Of a stretch of DNA of 56,101 nt, positions 9,806-20,590 are shown piece by piece (the first letter of the stretch is position 1; each line of letters opens with the position of its first letter). Under the pieces are notes generated by a model. The model worked only from the letters and a program-made list of their open reading frames with translations. It ran no database searches and was not told the DNA's origin. The DNA lies in the NCBI GenBank assembly GCA_037129655.1, contig JBAXUN010000001.1:1-56101 (forward strand). The letters run 5' to 3'. Made by a program: the position numbers and the translations under genes. This DNA comes from Actinomycetes bacterium. Its GTDB lineage: Bacteria; Actinomycetota; Actinomycetes; S36-B12; CAIYMF01.

Positions 9806-10750
9806 TTACGGCAGGTCCTTCACTAGTTCTGAGATTGATCGACGACGACCGGTGTAGAAAGGAATCTCTTCACGCACATGCATGCGTGCCTTTGACGCGC
9901 GTAAGTGACGCATCAAGTCGACGATGCGATACAGCTCATCGGCTTCGAAGGCCAGGATCCACTCGTAGTCACCGAGTGCGAACGAGGCCACCGTGTTTGC
10001 GCGAACGTCCGGATAATCCCGGCCCATCTGCCCGTGCTCGACGAGCATGGCACGTCGCTCTTCATCCTCGAGTAGGTACCACTCGTATGAGCGGACGAAC
10101 GGGTAGATGCACACGTAGTTGCGGGCTTGTTCGTCAGCTAGGAAGGCCGGTACATGCGACTTGTTGAATTCAGCCGGACGATGCAACGCCATCTGTGACC
10201 AGACAGGTTCCAGCGTGCTGCCCAAGCGGGTGCGCCTGAACGCGTGATAGGCATCCTGTAACGCATCGGAAGTCTCCGCATGCATCCACAGCACAATGTC
10301 GGCATCGGCCCGAAGCGCAGACACGTCATACCAACCGCGCACGACGATGTCGCGAGCAGCAAAATCAGCGACGAGAGCCTCTAGTTCGCGAATAACCGCC
10401 TTACGGCCACCACCGAGTGGGCTCGCAACTTTGAACACAGACCAGGTTGTGTAGCGGATCATCGAGTTGATTTCGCGTGCTTGTTTGCCCTGATCTCGAC
10501 GCTTACCGGTGACTGACACCTCGTTGGTCGATACCGGTTCGTTCGCAGCCGTCTTCTTCGCTGGCGCAGACTTCTTCGCTGGCGCTGTCTTCCCGGTTGG
10601 CGCTGTCTTTTTCGCTGACGCAGCCTTCTTCGTCGCAACAGTCTTCTTTGCAGCAGTCTTATTTGGGGCAGGGACGGTTGCTGGCGGAACAGAATCCACC
10701 GACGAGATTTGCCCCGTCAGGGACTTTTCCGGGTTGCTGTTCTCACTCAT
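9806..10750 (-). CDS. hemQ: Coproheme decarboxylase (ChdC/HemQ) with Lys/Ala-rich N-terminal extension
   Basis: [24 protein letters not shown] and [18 protein letters not shown] overlap with the hemG stop. Confidence 0.93.
   Translation of the reverse strand: MSENSNPEKSLTGQISSVDSVPPATVPAPNKTAAKKTVATKKAASAKKTAPTGKTAPAKKSAPAKKTAANEPVSTNEVSVTGKRRDQGKQAREINSMIRYTTWSVFKVASPLGGGRKAVIRELEALVADFAARDIVVRGWYDVSALRADADIVLWMHAETSDALQDAYHAFRRTRLGSTLEPVWSQMALHRPAEFNKSHVPAFLADEQARNYVCIYPFVRSYEWYLLEDEERRAMLVEHGQMGRDYPDVRANTVASFALGDYEWILAFEADELYRIVDLMRHLRASKARMHVREEIPFYTGRRRSISELVKDLP
10551..10658 (-). repeat. About six degenerate 18 bp tandem repeats encoding PAKK/AAKK hexapeptides in the HemQ N-terminus
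   Basis: Plus-strand units: gtcttcttcgctggcgca, gacttcttcgctggcgct, gtcttcccggttggcgct, gtctttttcgctgacgca, gccttcttcgtcgcaaca, gtcttctttgcagcagtc. Confidence 0.8.
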
Positions 10751-12195
10751 GATGACCATTGTCCATTCGATGTCAGGTGCTCACAGATTCGGTCCGCCGC
10801 CGTAGTAGCTCTCGCTACGCATGATGCGATGCCTACACCTTCGTATGCGGAACCGCAGATGGCAAGACGGGGAACAGATTTGACCGCGGAATCGATCGTC
10901 GAAACACGCTCGCGGAATCCCACCGGATAGCGCGGGAGCGCTCCCCCCCAACGACTCACTCGCGATGCAATTGGTGCAGCACGCCCAAGCCGTGCCACGA
11001 ATCCGAGATCGCTGGCGGCAAGGTCGGCAAGCTCTTCATCCGACCGCTGAAGCACTTCAACGTCTCGGGCATGCCCAAGCGAGGCGCGCACAGCGATTAA
11101 GCCCCGCTTGGCGGCTTCTCGATCTACCCAAGCCCATTTATGTGATGAAAATGTCGCGGCCTTAACGGGCCTACCCTCAGATGGCGGCACTAAATAGCCG
11201 CTACCACCCGGTAGATCACCAGCCGGCAGATCGGCACTGCGATAGAGCATCGTGACTACGGCCACCGACACCGTCTCAATGCGACCCAAGTGATCGGCCG
11301 CCAACGGTACGTACCCACGGAGCAAACGCGCCGCCGCCGGCGCGGGTACTGCCACGATCACGGCGTCAGCAGACTCCGATGGATATCGCTCGGCGTCAAC
11401 GAAATCCACTTCCCACCCGGTGGGCGTGCGCCGCAAACCCTTAACCATCGCATCGGTTCGTATCGACACCCCAGCAGCAGTCAAGCCTTCGTCCAAGGCT
11501 TGTGGCAATCGACCAATTCCGCCATCGATGCCCGCGAAAACTGGCCCGGTGGGTGTCTTCTTCGTCTTGTTGGCGGCTGACAGAATCGAAGCATCAGTTC
11601 GCGCGGCACTTAAAAGGGCAGGCATTGCCGAGAGCATCGACACGTCATACGGATCGTCCGCATAAACGCCCATGATCAGCGGCGCGACCAACCGATCAAC
11701 TACATCTGATCCGAGCCGCTGGGCAATGTACCCGCCAAACGAGACGTCCTCACCAATCGACGAGCGAGGCAAAACATAGTCCAGTGGAATTCGTGCCAAC
11801 GCCTCGGGCGACAAAACTCCACTTGCTGCCAATGCCTTGAGTTCTGTGGGAACACCCATCATCAATCCCACTGGAAACTCTTTGAGTTCACCATCGATGA
11901 CAACGCGTGGTCGAGCTGCCGTTGGATGCACGATCGAGTCGCCAAGCCCGACATCATGCGCGAGCCGAACAGCTTCGGGACGGGTGGCAAGCATCGATTC
12001 GGCACCCTCATCCAGAGGGATGCCCTCAAGGTCAGTCACCCTCAGAAGACCACCGATGCGGTCCGAACCGTCGACGACAAGAACATCGATATCGTGACGT
12101 CGTCGGGTGATCCGCCAAGCTGCACTTAATCCTGAGATCCCCGCGCCAACCACGACAACACGTGGTCGTCGGGCGCTGGTCTCAGGGTTGCTCAT
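10747..12195 (-). CDS. hemG: Coproporphyrinogen/protoporphyrinogen oxidase (HemY/CgoX type)
   Basis: GAGISGL FAD motif, [16 protein letters not shown] and [10 protein letters not shown]. Lies between hemE and hemQ. Confidence 0.93.
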   Translation of the reverse strand: MSNPETSARRPRVVVVGAGISGLSAAWRITRRRHDIDVLVVDGSDRIGGLLRVTDLEGIPLDEGAESMLATRPEAVRLAHDVGLGDSIVHPTAARPRVVIDGELKEFPVGLMMGVPTELKALAASGVLSPEALARIPLDYVLPRSSIGEDVSFGGYIAQRLGSDVVDRLVAPLIMGVYADDPYDVSMLSAMPALLSAARTDASILSAANKTKKTPTGPVFAGIDGGIGRLPQALDEGLTAAGVSIRTDAMVKGLRRTPTGWEVDFVDAERYPSESADAVIVAVPAPAAARLLRGYVPLAADHLGRIETVSVAVVTMLYRSADLPAGDLPGGSGYLVPPSEGRPVKAATFSSHKWAWVDREAAKRGLIAVRASLGHARDVEVLQRSDEELADLAASDLGFVARLGRAAPIASRVSRWGGALPRYPVGFRERVSTIDSAVKSVPRLAICGSAYEGVGIASCVARATTAADRICEHLTSNGQWSS

Positions 12196-13313
12196 GTCGT
12201 GGGGTTTTCATGTACCAGTTCAACGACGCGAGCAAGCACGTCAGGATTCGTTGCCGGGAGTACCCCATGCCCAAGATTGAAGATGTGCCCCGGTAATCCC
12301 CGAGCGTCTTGAAGAACGCGAAGCACTTGGGTTTCTACCGTCTCGATATCGGCGAAAAGGATCGCCGGATCTAGATTTCCCTGCAGTGCGTGGTCTGGAC
12401 CCACTCGGTTGGTCGCTTCAGACAGCGGCACGCGAAAATCCACTCCAACCACGTCCGTACCAACATCGCGCATGTCCGCTAGAAGCTCCCCGGTACCCAC
12501 CCCGAAGTGAATCCGAGGAACCCCTAGGTCGGCTACATAGGAAAGTGCCCGCGACGAGTGCGGCACCACATACTCGCGGTAATCGCGCGGGGCCAATGCA
12601 CCCACCCACGAATCGAAGAGTTGGACGGCGCTGGCACCGGCAAGCACCTGAAGACGTAGGTACTGTCCGGCAATGTCGGCCAAGGCGCCGAGCAACGCAT
12701 GCCACACCTCGGGTTGGCCGTACATCAGAGCCTTTGTCTGAGCGTGATCGCGACTTGGGCCGCCCTCGATCAGGTAGGAGGCCAAAGTGAATGGGGCGCC
12801 AGCGAATCCGATAAGCGGGGTGCCACCAAGCTCGCCCACCAACTCGCGCACAGCAGCAGTAATCGGCAGAACATCCGACTCATCCAGCGATCGAAGCCGG
12901 GTAACGTCTTGCGCGCTCCGGAATGGCTCGGCCACAACCGGGCCAACACCGGGGGCGATGTCGAGGTCGACGCCTATTGCCTTGAGCGGCACCACGATGT
13001 CACTGAAAAAGATCGCAGCGTCCACCCCGTAGCGCCGCACAGGCTGCAGCGTGATTTCCGTGACCAGATCCGTACGGAAACATGACTCGAGCATCGGAAC
13101 GCCCTCGCGCACCTTTCGGTACTCCGGCAGCGACCTGCCTGCCTGTCGCATGAACCACACGGGGGTGTGCGAGACCGGCCGACGAAACGCCGCAGCAATC
13201 AGTGGCGCGGATTGACCAACCTGACCATTGAGCGGATGTCCAGCAGCCAAGCCTGGGTAGGCCAGATCTGCGTGCTCTGTTGGCTGTTGCGCCGAATCTC
13301 CTGAAGTCATCAC
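12192..13313 (-). CDS. hemE: Uroporphyrinogen decarboxylase
   Basis: [33 protein letters not shown] and HIFNLGHG. Confidence 0.97.
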   Translation of the reverse strand: MMTSGDSAQQPTEHADLAYPGLAAGHPLNGQVGQSAPLIAAAFRRPVSHTPVWFMRQAGRSLPEYRKVREGVPMLESCFRTDLVTEITLQPVRRYGVDAAIFFSDIVVPLKAIGVDLDIAPGVGPVVAEPFRSAQDVTRLRSLDESDVLPITAAVRELVGELGGTPLIGFAGAPFTLASYLIEGGPSRDHAQTKALMYGQPEVWHALLGALADIAGQYLRLQVLAGASAVQLFDSWVGALAPRDYREYVVPHSSRALSYVADLGVPRIHFGVGTGELLADMRDVGTDVVGVDFRVPLSEATNRVGPDHALQGNLDPAILFADIETVETQVLRVLQDARGLPGHIFNLGHGVLPATNPDVLARVVELVHENPTT

Positions 13314-13466
13314 CCCCTGATCGTTTCACCGTCGGCCGTGTTCGTCGAACCGGGGCAACGTCGGTGACACTGGCAAGCCCTCGCGATCACCGTGAGCGCG
13401 AGGGCCGACACAGCCGGTCGCGAACGAGTCGACATCCCCGAATCCTCGACGTGCGCCACTTAATGT

Positions 13467-14072
13467 GTGGCTATGAGCCGTCACGGTGGCACCGGCCAAG
13501 AACACGATGCCGTTCCGCCATCGTTCGCGCGCGCGATCGAGTCAATCCGCGCAGCGAATTTGCGATCTGAAGTCCGCATTGAGGAAACTCCAGCTCCACA
13601 ACGGCTATCGCCCTATGCGGTAGCTCTCCAAGCAACAGTTATCCTGGATCCGCAATCGGACGATGAGGCAGCATCGGGCCGGTTCGTCCTGCTGTACGAC
13701 CCCGCTGGGCAGGAACCGTGGGACGGCACCTATCGCATCGTCAGCTTTGCCAAGGGCACTGTCGAAATGGATATAGCCGGTGATCCCATGCTGACCGAGG
13801 TGGCCTGGTCATGGCTCGTCGAGGCCCTTTACGACCACGACGCCCGCTTTCACGCCGAGTCTGGCACTGTCACTCGAACGTCATCCCAAGCATTCGGTGC
13901 CATTGGTGACCGCTCACCACAGGGCGACGTGGAGATTCGCGCCTCATGGACCCCTGACGGCGATGACATTGGCGCCCACGTTGAGGCGTGGGCGGACGTT
14001 TTGACCCAAATTGCCGGACTTCCACCGCTACCGGCGGGGGTCGCTACCCTGTCGACGACCCGCCGCCGCTAA
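13467..14072 (+). CDS. DUF3000 family protein
   Basis: PAPQRLSPYAVAL, GRFVLLYDPAGQEPWDG and EIRASWTP. Divergent from hemE, as is usual in actinobacteria. Confidence 0.85.
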   Translation: MAMSRHGGTGQEHDAVPPSFARAIESIRAANLRSEVRIEETPAPQRLSPYAVALQATVILDPQSDDEAASGRFVLLYDPAGQEPWDGTYRIVSFAKGTVEMDIAGDPMLTEVAWSWLVEALYDHDARFHAESGTVTRTSSQAFGAIGDRSPQGDVEIRASWTPDGDDIGAHVEAWADVLTQIAGLPPLPAGVATLSTTRRR

Positions 14073-14226
14073 CCACGACGCGGCGCCTGCGCGCGCTAAT
14101 TCACCCGATCGAGGTACCGCAACGCGCAAATCTTCGGCTGTTCGCGACTCAAGTAGTTCAGCCATTCAGTCGATACAGATCATAAGCCGGAACAGACCGG
14201 GCTAGATCTGTCTTAGGAGCGTCATC

Positions 14227-14841
14227 GTGGTTGCGTTGGTTGAACGTCAATCTGCTCTACCTCTGCCTCGGGCGCGATTTACCGCGCTCGTCGTTGCCGA
14301 ATCGCCCAACCGACGCCAGACCCTGACCGGCCGCTTGCGCCTACTGGGAGCCCGTGAGGTTATCGAGGCGGCTAGTGGCGCTGAGGCGCGTGTTCGTGGC
14401 TTCTACGACGGACCACGTGATCTCGTCATCATTGAAGGTGGACTCTCAGATGGGCCGGCTCTTCCCCTGCTGGCGGATTTGCGCGCTGCCGGATGGAAGC
14501 GCGTAGTTCTACTTACCGTCCGTGATGATCCGTATGCAGTGCGAGCCGCGCTTGGCGCTGGAATCCGCTGCTACGTGGTGACTCCCGATGAAGACCTACC
14601 GGCAGTTGCCTCAACTCCTCGCCCTCGTCCGCGCACGGGTGCGCCCAATGAACTGTCCGCACGTGAGCTTGAAGTTATTCAGCTAGTTTCAGAGGGCCGG
14701 TCGAACAAGGACATTGGAGATGCCCTCGGGTTATCCGCCCTTACGGTGAAGAGCCACCTGGCGCGAATCGCTCGTAAGTTGGGCACTGGCGACCGTGCCG
14801 AGATGGTCGCCATCACAATGCGATCAGGCCTGGTCCGCTAA
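14227..14841 (+). CDS. LuxR/NarL-family response regulator with atypical receiver domain
   Basis: HTH LSARELEVIQLVSEGRSNKDIG...TVKSHLARI. The receiver-like N-terminus lacks the canonical Asp and Lys. Confidence 0.88.
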   Translation: MVALVERQSALPLPRARFTALVVAESPNRRQTLTGRLRLLGAREVIEAASGAEARVRGFYDGPRDLVIIEGGLSDGPALPLLADLRAAGWKRVVLLTVRDDPYAVRAALGAGIRCYVVTPDEDLPAVASTPRPRPRTGAPNELSARELEVIQLVSEGRSNKDIGDALGLSALTVKSHLARIARKLGTGDRAEMVAITMRSGLVR

Positions 14842-14926
14842 CCAACTTTGATCGAAATCATAATTGGCAGCGCTATCAGCGTGCTGCCACGTGTGCGTCG
14901 ATCATGTGCGCGTATCGTTCGTCACT

Positions 14927-16225
14927 GTGGTGATTGACGAGCAGGATCCCGATGAGGTCGAACAGGAGACCTCAGACGCTCCTGTCGTTCCCGTTCTGAC
15001 CGAGCCACGCGACGGCGTGCCCCCAGTCATCGAGACGCAAACTGACCTTGTGCAGGCTGCTCAATTACTCGCCGACGGTAGCGGTCCGCTGGCCATCGAT
15101 GCAGAGCGAGCCTCGGGCTATCGATATGGACAGCGTGCGTACTTGATTCAGGTACGCCGCGAAGGCAGCGGAACACATCTCATTGATCCCATCGCCGTCA
15201 CGGACCTACGACCGTTAGCAGCAGCGTTCACAGACACCGAATGGGTCCTGCACGCTGCATCCCAAGACCTACCGTGTATGCGCGAAGTCGGGCTCAATCC
15301 AACGTCCGTTTTCGATACTGAGTTGGCAGCCAGGCTGCTCGGGTATCCGCGGGTGGGACTCTCCGGGCTGCTTGAGGACATTCTCGGCGTCTCCCTTGCC
15401 AAGGAACACTCTGCGGCAGACTGGTCCACCCGCCCGTTACCCGAACCCTGGCTTCGTTACGCGGCGCTCGACGTGGAGCTGCTCCTCGAACTACGCGACG
15501 TGATCGAGGACGAACTTCGCAAGGCGGGTAAGTACCACCTCGCCATCGAAGAATTCGACGCAATCCGCGACGCCCAACCGGCGGCGCCTCGCGTCGATCC
15601 GTGGCGACGCACGTCCGGCTTACACAAGATTCGTAAACCACGACAGCTTGCTGCTGTTAAGGCCATGTGGGAAGCCCGTGACGAGGTCGCTCAGAAGCGC
15701 GACGTTTCACCCGGCAGGGTTTTACCTGATTCGGCGATAATCGCGGCTGCAACGGCGTTCACGGAAGTGACTCCCCCTGATCTGTCCACACTGCCGGCAT
15801 TTGGCGGACGCGGAGCTCGCAGACACATGGCGCAATGGCAAGTAGCGCTTACGAATTCCGCGAACCTACCTGATACGGATCTTCCACCGACGAAAGTTCT
15901 AGCCATCGGACCCCCACCCGCCCGATCATGGCCGGACAAGGACCCAGCCGCAGCCAGCAGGCTCGCGGTCGCTAAAGAAGGATTGACGCGCCTATCGCAA
16001 GAGCAATCAATCCCCATTGAAAATCTAGTGACCCCCGATCTCGTGCGCCGCGTCTTGTGGTCACCACCGTTCGAACCAGGTCAATTGGATCCGCACGAGC
16101 AGCAACAGGTCGTTGAAGAGGCCTTACGTGAGGGTGGCGCCCGGGCTTGGCAGATCAATCTCGTAGCTGACGCGATCGTGTGCGCACTTAACCATGTCCC
16201 CGACTTGAGCTTAAGCGAGTCGTAA
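14927..16225 (+). CDS. rnd: Ribonuclease D (DEDDy 3'-5' exonuclease plus HRDC)
   Basis: AIDAERASGYRY, HAASQDLP, FDTELAARL and YAALDVE. Start uncertain. Confidence 0.9.
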   Translation: MVIDEQDPDEVEQETSDAPVVPVLTEPRDGVPPVIETQTDLVQAAQLLADGSGPLAIDAERASGYRYGQRAYLIQVRREGSGTHLIDPIAVTDLRPLAAAFTDTEWVLHAASQDLPCMREVGLNPTSVFDTELAARLLGYPRVGLSGLLEDILGVSLAKEHSAADWSTRPLPEPWLRYAALDVELLLELRDVIEDELRKAGKYHLAIEEFDAIRDAQPAAPRVDPWRRTSGLHKIRKPRQLAAVKAMWEARDEVAQKRDVSPGRVLPDSAIIAAATAFTEVTPPDLSTLPAFGGRGARRHMAQWQVALTNSANLPDTDLPPTKVLAIGPPPARSWPDKDPAAASRLAVAKEGLTRLSQEQSIPIENLVTPDLVRRVLWSPPFEPGQLDPHEQQQVVEEALREGGARAWQINLVADAIVCALNHVPDLSLSES

Positions 16226-16226
16226 G

Positions 16227-16245
16227 TTAGGTTAGCCTTACCTAC
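16227..16245 (+). promoter_or_regulatory. IdeR/DtxR iron-box operator
   Basis: TTAGGTTAGCCTTACCTAC matches TTAGGTWAGSCTWACCTAA at 18 of 19 positions and lies 20 nt before an iron permease. Confidence 0.9.
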
Positions 16246-16265
16246 GAAACAAGGGGGCGGGCCAC

Positions 16266-17114
16266 GTGCTAGCTAATTACCTGATCGGACTGCGAGAAGG
16301 ACTTGAAGCCGCGCTCATCGTCGGAATTCTCGTTGCGTACATCGTGAAGACCGGTCGCAGCGACAAGCTCAGCAGCCTCTGGCTTGGCACCGGTATCGCG
16401 ATCGCACTTTCCCTTGGATTTGGCGCCCTGCTTACTTTCACGTCTCACTCGCTCTCGGAGGAGGCAAAACATGCCTTCGCTGGAACGATGTCGATCATTG
16501 CGGTCATCCTCGTTACGTGGATGGTTTTCTGGATGCGTCGCACGGCTCGCGAGATGCGCGGCGAACTTCACGGAAAACTAGAAGCAGCAGCAGCGGGAGG
16601 CGGGCTCGCACTTGTGATCGTCGCTCTCGTCGCTGTTCTGCGTGAAGGCCTTGAAACTGCCCTCTTCCTGTGGGCAGCCACAACCCAGACCACATCCACC
16701 CCTGCCGCACTGATTGGTGCACTTCTCGGCATTGCTACTGCCGTCCTGATTGGCTGGGGCGTCTACCGCGGATCGATGAAGATGAACTTGGCGACGTTCT
16801 TCAACTGGACGGGCGCACTGCTCATCGTTGTCGCAGCTGGAGTTTTGGCCTACGGCGTGCGCGATCTACAAGAGGCTGGACTGTTGTCTGGCGGAAGCAA
16901 CATTGCCTTCGACGTCAGTTCCACCATCCCTGAAGAGTCTGCGCTAGGAACCGTACTTGGCGGCTTCTTCCACTTCGACCCAATCACCACGTGGCTACAG
17001 TTGACGACCTACGTCGCGTACTTGGTAGGAACGATGTCGATCTATCTGCTTCGCAAGCCCACCGGGCCGGTTCAGAAGGTGGCGACAGCGTCCGGCGAGC
17101 TCATCTCTCGCTAA
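16266..17114 (+). CDS. efeU: FTR1/EfeU family iron permease
   Basis: Two REGLE motifs, TWMVFWM, multiple transmembrane helices and an upstream iron box. Confidence 0.92.
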   Translation: MLANYLIGLREGLEAALIVGILVAYIVKTGRSDKLSSLWLGTGIAIALSLGFGALLTFTSHSLSEEAKHAFAGTMSIIAVILVTWMVFWMRRTAREMRGELHGKLEAAAAGGGLALVIVALVAVLREGLETALFLWAATTQTTSTPAALIGALLGIATAVLIGWGVYRGSMKMNLATFFNWTGALLIVVAAGVLAYGVRDLQEAGLLSGGSNIAFDVSSTIPEESALGTVLGGFFHFDPITTWLQLTTYVAYLVGTMSIYLLRKPTGPVQKVATASGELISR

Positions 17115-17162
17115 GTGGCTTCTCCCCGAGCCGGATCGTCCTTTGCAGTGCGCTCGTAGTAT

Positions 17163-17186
17163 GTTAGTTACCGGTGAGTAACTAAC
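17163..17186. promoter_or_regulatory. Operator-like inverted repeat upstream of the thiolase/beta-oxidation operon
   Basis: GTTAGTTAC-N6-GTAACTAAC, with perfect 9 bp arms immediately before the GGAGG RBS. Confidence 0.65.
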
Positions 17187-17199
17187 CTCGGAGGTCCCC

Positions 17200-18402
17200 G
17201 TGTCCCGTTCGGTTCGCGACGTCGTTCTCGTTGATGCAGTTCGAACTCCCTTTGGACGTGCCGGCGACAAAGGGGTGTACGCACAAACCCGCGCTGACGA
17301 CCTCGTGGTCGGCGCTTTCCACGAACTGCTGCGTCGCAATCCGAACCTCCCAACGCAGCGGATCGACGACGTTGCGGTTGCCGCAACGACCCAGATCGGC
17401 GACCAAGGGCTCACTCTTGGCCGCAGCGCCGGCATTCTCGCTGGGCTTCCACGCACAGTTCCTGGCCAATCCGTTGACCGCATGTGCGCTGGCGCCATGA
17501 CGGCGGTGACAAATCTTTCCGCTGGAATCGGATTTGGCGCCTATGACATTGCTATTGCCGCTGGTGTTGAACATATGGGCCGCCATCCGATGGGTGAGGG
17601 GGTCGACCCCAACCCACGTTTCGTGGCTGAACGACTTGTCGATCCTGAGGCATTGGTTATGGGCAAAACAGCCGAGAACCTCCATGATCGCTTCCCGCAT
17701 CTAACCCGTGCCCGCGCCGACGAGTATGCGTTGCGTAGTCAGCAAAAGACGGCCAAGGCGTATGCGGACGGCATGATTCAGGACGATCTTGCACCCATCG
17801 CAGTCAGGTCTGCCGAGCTCGGGTGGGGTGTGGCATCCGTTGACGAACCGCCACGACCAGAGACCACCCTCGATGGGCTTGCTCACCTGAAAACACCGTT
17901 CCGCGCTCACGGCCGCGTCACTGCCGGTAACAGTGCCGGCCTCAATGATGGTGCTACGGCGGCGATTCTGGCGTCGCATGACGTCGCTCAGGAGCTTGAA
18001 CTCTCAGTGAAGGCGCGATTAGTGTCATTCGCGTTCGTCGGGGTCGATCCCGAAGTGATGGGGATTGGTCCGGTTCCCTCGACGTTGAAAGCTCTCGACA
18101 AGGCCGGGCTCACTATTGATGACATCGGTTTGTTCGAAGTCAACGAAGCCTTTGCCATTCAGGTCTTGGCTTTCCTTGACCACTTTGGAATTGCAGACGA
18201 CGACGCTCGCGTGAATCCCTTCGGCGGGGCAATTGCCGTCGGCCACCCCCTGGCATCGTCAGGCATCAGGCTGATGGCCTACCTCGCCAAGAGTTTCGAG
18301 CACAATCCAGACGTTCAATATGGACTTACCACCATGTGCATTGGCTTAGGTATGGGCGGCACGGTCATTTGGGAAAACCCGCACTACGCAAAGGCAGTGT
18401 GA
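17200..18402 (+). CDS. fadA: Acetyl-CoA C-acyltransferase (thiolase)
   Basis: DRMCAGAM, NEAFA, GGAIAVGHPLASSG and MCIGLGMG. Confidence 0.92.
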   Translation: MSRSVRDVVLVDAVRTPFGRAGDKGVYAQTRADDLVVGAFHELLRRNPNLPTQRIDDVAVAATTQIGDQGLTLGRSAGILAGLPRTVPGQSVDRMCAGAMTAVTNLSAGIGFGAYDIAIAAGVEHMGRHPMGEGVDPNPRFVAERLVDPEALVMGKTAENLHDRFPHLTRARADEYALRSQQKTAKAYADGMIQDDLAPIAVRSAELGWGVASVDEPPRPETTLDGLAHLKTPFRAHGRVTAGNSAGLNDGATAAILASHDVAQELELSVKARLVSFAFVGVDPEVMGIGPVPSTLKALDKAGLTIDDIGLFEVNEAFAIQVLAFLDHFGIADDDARVNPFGGAIAVGHPLASSGIRLMAYLAKSFEHNPDVQYGLTTMCIGLGMGGTVIWENPHYAKAV

Positions 18403-20516
18403 CAACGATGACGATCACCCCCACAGATCTTCCCGCTGCACCCGATGAGGTTGTGACGCAGGCGCACGTTCGGATCGTGACAGTCGCCGCTGGATCCATC
18501 GCTCTGATCACCCTCGACAACGGGCTCGATTACAACAAGCCCAACACGTTTGGCGTGGGCGGGCTAACAGCTCTCGCCACAGCTCTGGACACCGTTGACT
18601 CGCTGATTGAGCGCGGGGCCATCGTCGGCGTTGCTATCACCGGCAAGCCCTTCGTCTTCGCCGTCGGCGCCGACCTCACCGGTGTCCCCCGCCTCGCGAG
18701 CCTCGAGCAGGCACATGCCCTGGCAACGTTTGGACACAACGTCTTTCGGCGTCTCGGCGAACTCTCCGTTCCCTCATTTGCCTTCATTAACGGTGCCGCA
18801 CTTGGAGGTGGCCTCGAAGTAGCGCTTCACTGCACCTATCGTTCCATTGCGTCGTCCGCGTACCCGATCGCCTTGCCTGAGGTGAGCCTCGGACTCGTAC
18901 CGGGTTGGGGTGGTGCCTACCTACTCCCCCGCCTCATTGGCGCACCCAACGCATTGTCAATCATCGTCCAAAACCCACTTCGACAAAACCGGATGATCAG
19001 CGCTCGGGCCGCTGCCGAGCTGGGTATCGCAGATGTCCGATTCGATGGCGGCAACTTCCTGGTGGACTCCTTACGCTGGGCCTCCGAGGTCATCACTGGT
19101 GCCACAACCGTGACTCGACGCGACATCGATGTAGACGGCGAGTGGACCGCAGCAATCTCATCGGCACGCAGCCAACTAGACGCAGTTCTACACGGAGCTG
19201 CGCCTGCGGCGTACCGAGCTCTTGAACTCGTTGATGCCGCGCGTCACCGCACACGAGACGAAGGATTCGCCGCGGAGGATCACGAGCTTGCGGCCTTGAT
19301 CATGAGCGAAGAGTTCCGCGCAGGAATGTACTCGTTCGACCTCGTGCAACGGCGGGCCAAACGCCCATTCGGAGCCCCGGATAAATCGCTGGCCCGCCCC
19401 ATAACGAAAATCGGGATCGTAGGCGCCGGCTTGATGGCGAGCCAACTTGCACTCCTGTTCGCTCAGAACACCGGAGTTCCGATCGTCTTGACTGATCTAG
19501 ATCAGGAACGAATCGACAAGGGACTCGGCTACGTTCGCAACGAAATCGATACACTGCTGAGCAAGGGAAAGTTGAACAATGACAAGGCAAATCGGCTTCG
19601 CGCGCTGGTCTCAGGCTCGATCGACATAGCCGATTTTGCTGACGCTGATGTTGTCATTGAAGCCGTGTTCGAAGAGCTCAACGTAAAGAAGCAGGTTTTC
19701 GCCAAGGTCGAGTCTGTTGTCTCTGACACCTGTTTGTTGCTAACGAACACGTCATCGCTATCGGTCACCGACATGGCAGCCGATCTCAAGCACCCCGGAC
19801 GCGTGGTTGGCTTCCACTTCTTCAACCCCGTGGCTTTGATGCCATTAGTAGAGATCGCACGAGCCGCCCACACCGACGACGCCTCACTCGCGACCGCATT
19901 CACTCTCGGCAAGTTGTTGAAGAAGTCCTGCGTCCTAGTCAATGATCGTCCCGGCTTCGTAGTGAACCGATTGCTTACACGTTTCCTCGGCGAAGTAACG
20001 GCAGCATTCGATGAAGGCACCCCCTTCGACGTTGTGGAACATGCTCTAGATCCGCTTGGGCTACCAATGCCACCCTTCCTTCTCGTTCAACTGGTCGGGC
20101 CAGCGATTGCGTTCCATACGTCGCAGACACTGCACGATGCGTTCCCCGATCGATTCACCGTGTCCGAAAACCAACGAGCCATCGTTGACGCACGCATCAG
20201 CACCCTGCTCGACTGGGATGGGCCGGTGTCGCGCCTAACCAACGAGGTCAACTCGATTGTTACCGTTGGTACATCACCTTCAACCGCTGAACAAGTTCGT
20301 CAGCGGGCTCTTGACGCAGTCGCCCAAGAAGCTCGATTAATGCTCGACGAGGGCGTAGTAGCCGAACCGCAGGATCTTGACTTGTGCATGCTTCTCGGAG
20401 CCGGCTGGCCCTTTCACCTCGGCGGAATCACTCCATACTTAGACCGTACGGGTACCAGCGAACGAGTGACAGGTCAGCGCTTCCTGCCCGCGGGAGTTGC
20501 CTCCTTGGGAGCGTAA
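18399..20516 (+). CDS. fadB: Enoyl-CoA hydratase / 3-hydroxyacyl-CoA dehydrogenase (fatty acid oxidation alpha subunit)
   Basis: GGGLEVALHC, LPEVSLG, GAGLMA, IEAVFE, TNTSSL and HFFNPV. GTGA overlap with the thiolase stop. Confidence 0.92.
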   Translation: MTTMTITPTDLPAAPDEVVTQAHVRIVTVAAGSIALITLDNGLDYNKPNTFGVGGLTALATALDTVDSLIERGAIVGVAITGKPFVFAVGADLTGVPRLASLEQAHALATFGHNVFRRLGELSVPSFAFINGAALGGGLEVALHCTYRSIASSAYPIALPEVSLGLVPGWGGAYLLPRLIGAPNALSIIVQNPLRQNRMISARAAAELGIADVRFDGGNFLVDSLRWASEVITGATTVTRRDIDVDGEWTAAISSARSQLDAVLHGAAPAAYRALELVDAARHRTRDEGFAAEDHELAALIMSEEFRAGMYSFDLVQRRAKRPFGAPDKSLARPITKIGIVGAGLMASQLALLFAQNTGVPIVLTDLDQERIDKGLGYVRNEIDTLLSKGKLNNDKANRLRALVSGSIDIADFADADVVIEAVFEELNVKKQVFAKVESVVSDTCLLLTNTSSLSVTDMAADLKHPGRVVGFHFFNPVALMPLVEIARAAHTDDASLATAFTLGKLLKKSCVLVNDRPGFVVNRLLTRFLGEVTAAFDEGTPFDVVEHALDPLGLPMPPFLLVQLVGPAIAFHTSQTLHDAFPDRFTVSENQRAIVDARISTLLDWDGPVSRLTNEVNSIVTVGTSPSTAEQVRQRALDAVAQEARLMLDEGVVAEPQDLDLCMLLGAGWPFHLGGITPYLDRTGTSERVTGQRFLPAGVASLGA

Positions 20517-20590
20517 GGAAGATGCAGTTGTTGCACTCGTCACCCGAGTGGTTCTTCACCTTGCGTGCCACATTCGCGTAACGTCGAGAC

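Noticed and set aside
10551-10658. CRISPR-like or mobile repeat
   Set aside because: The units are contiguous, in-frame, degenerate 18 bp repeats without spacers, inside a coding sequence.
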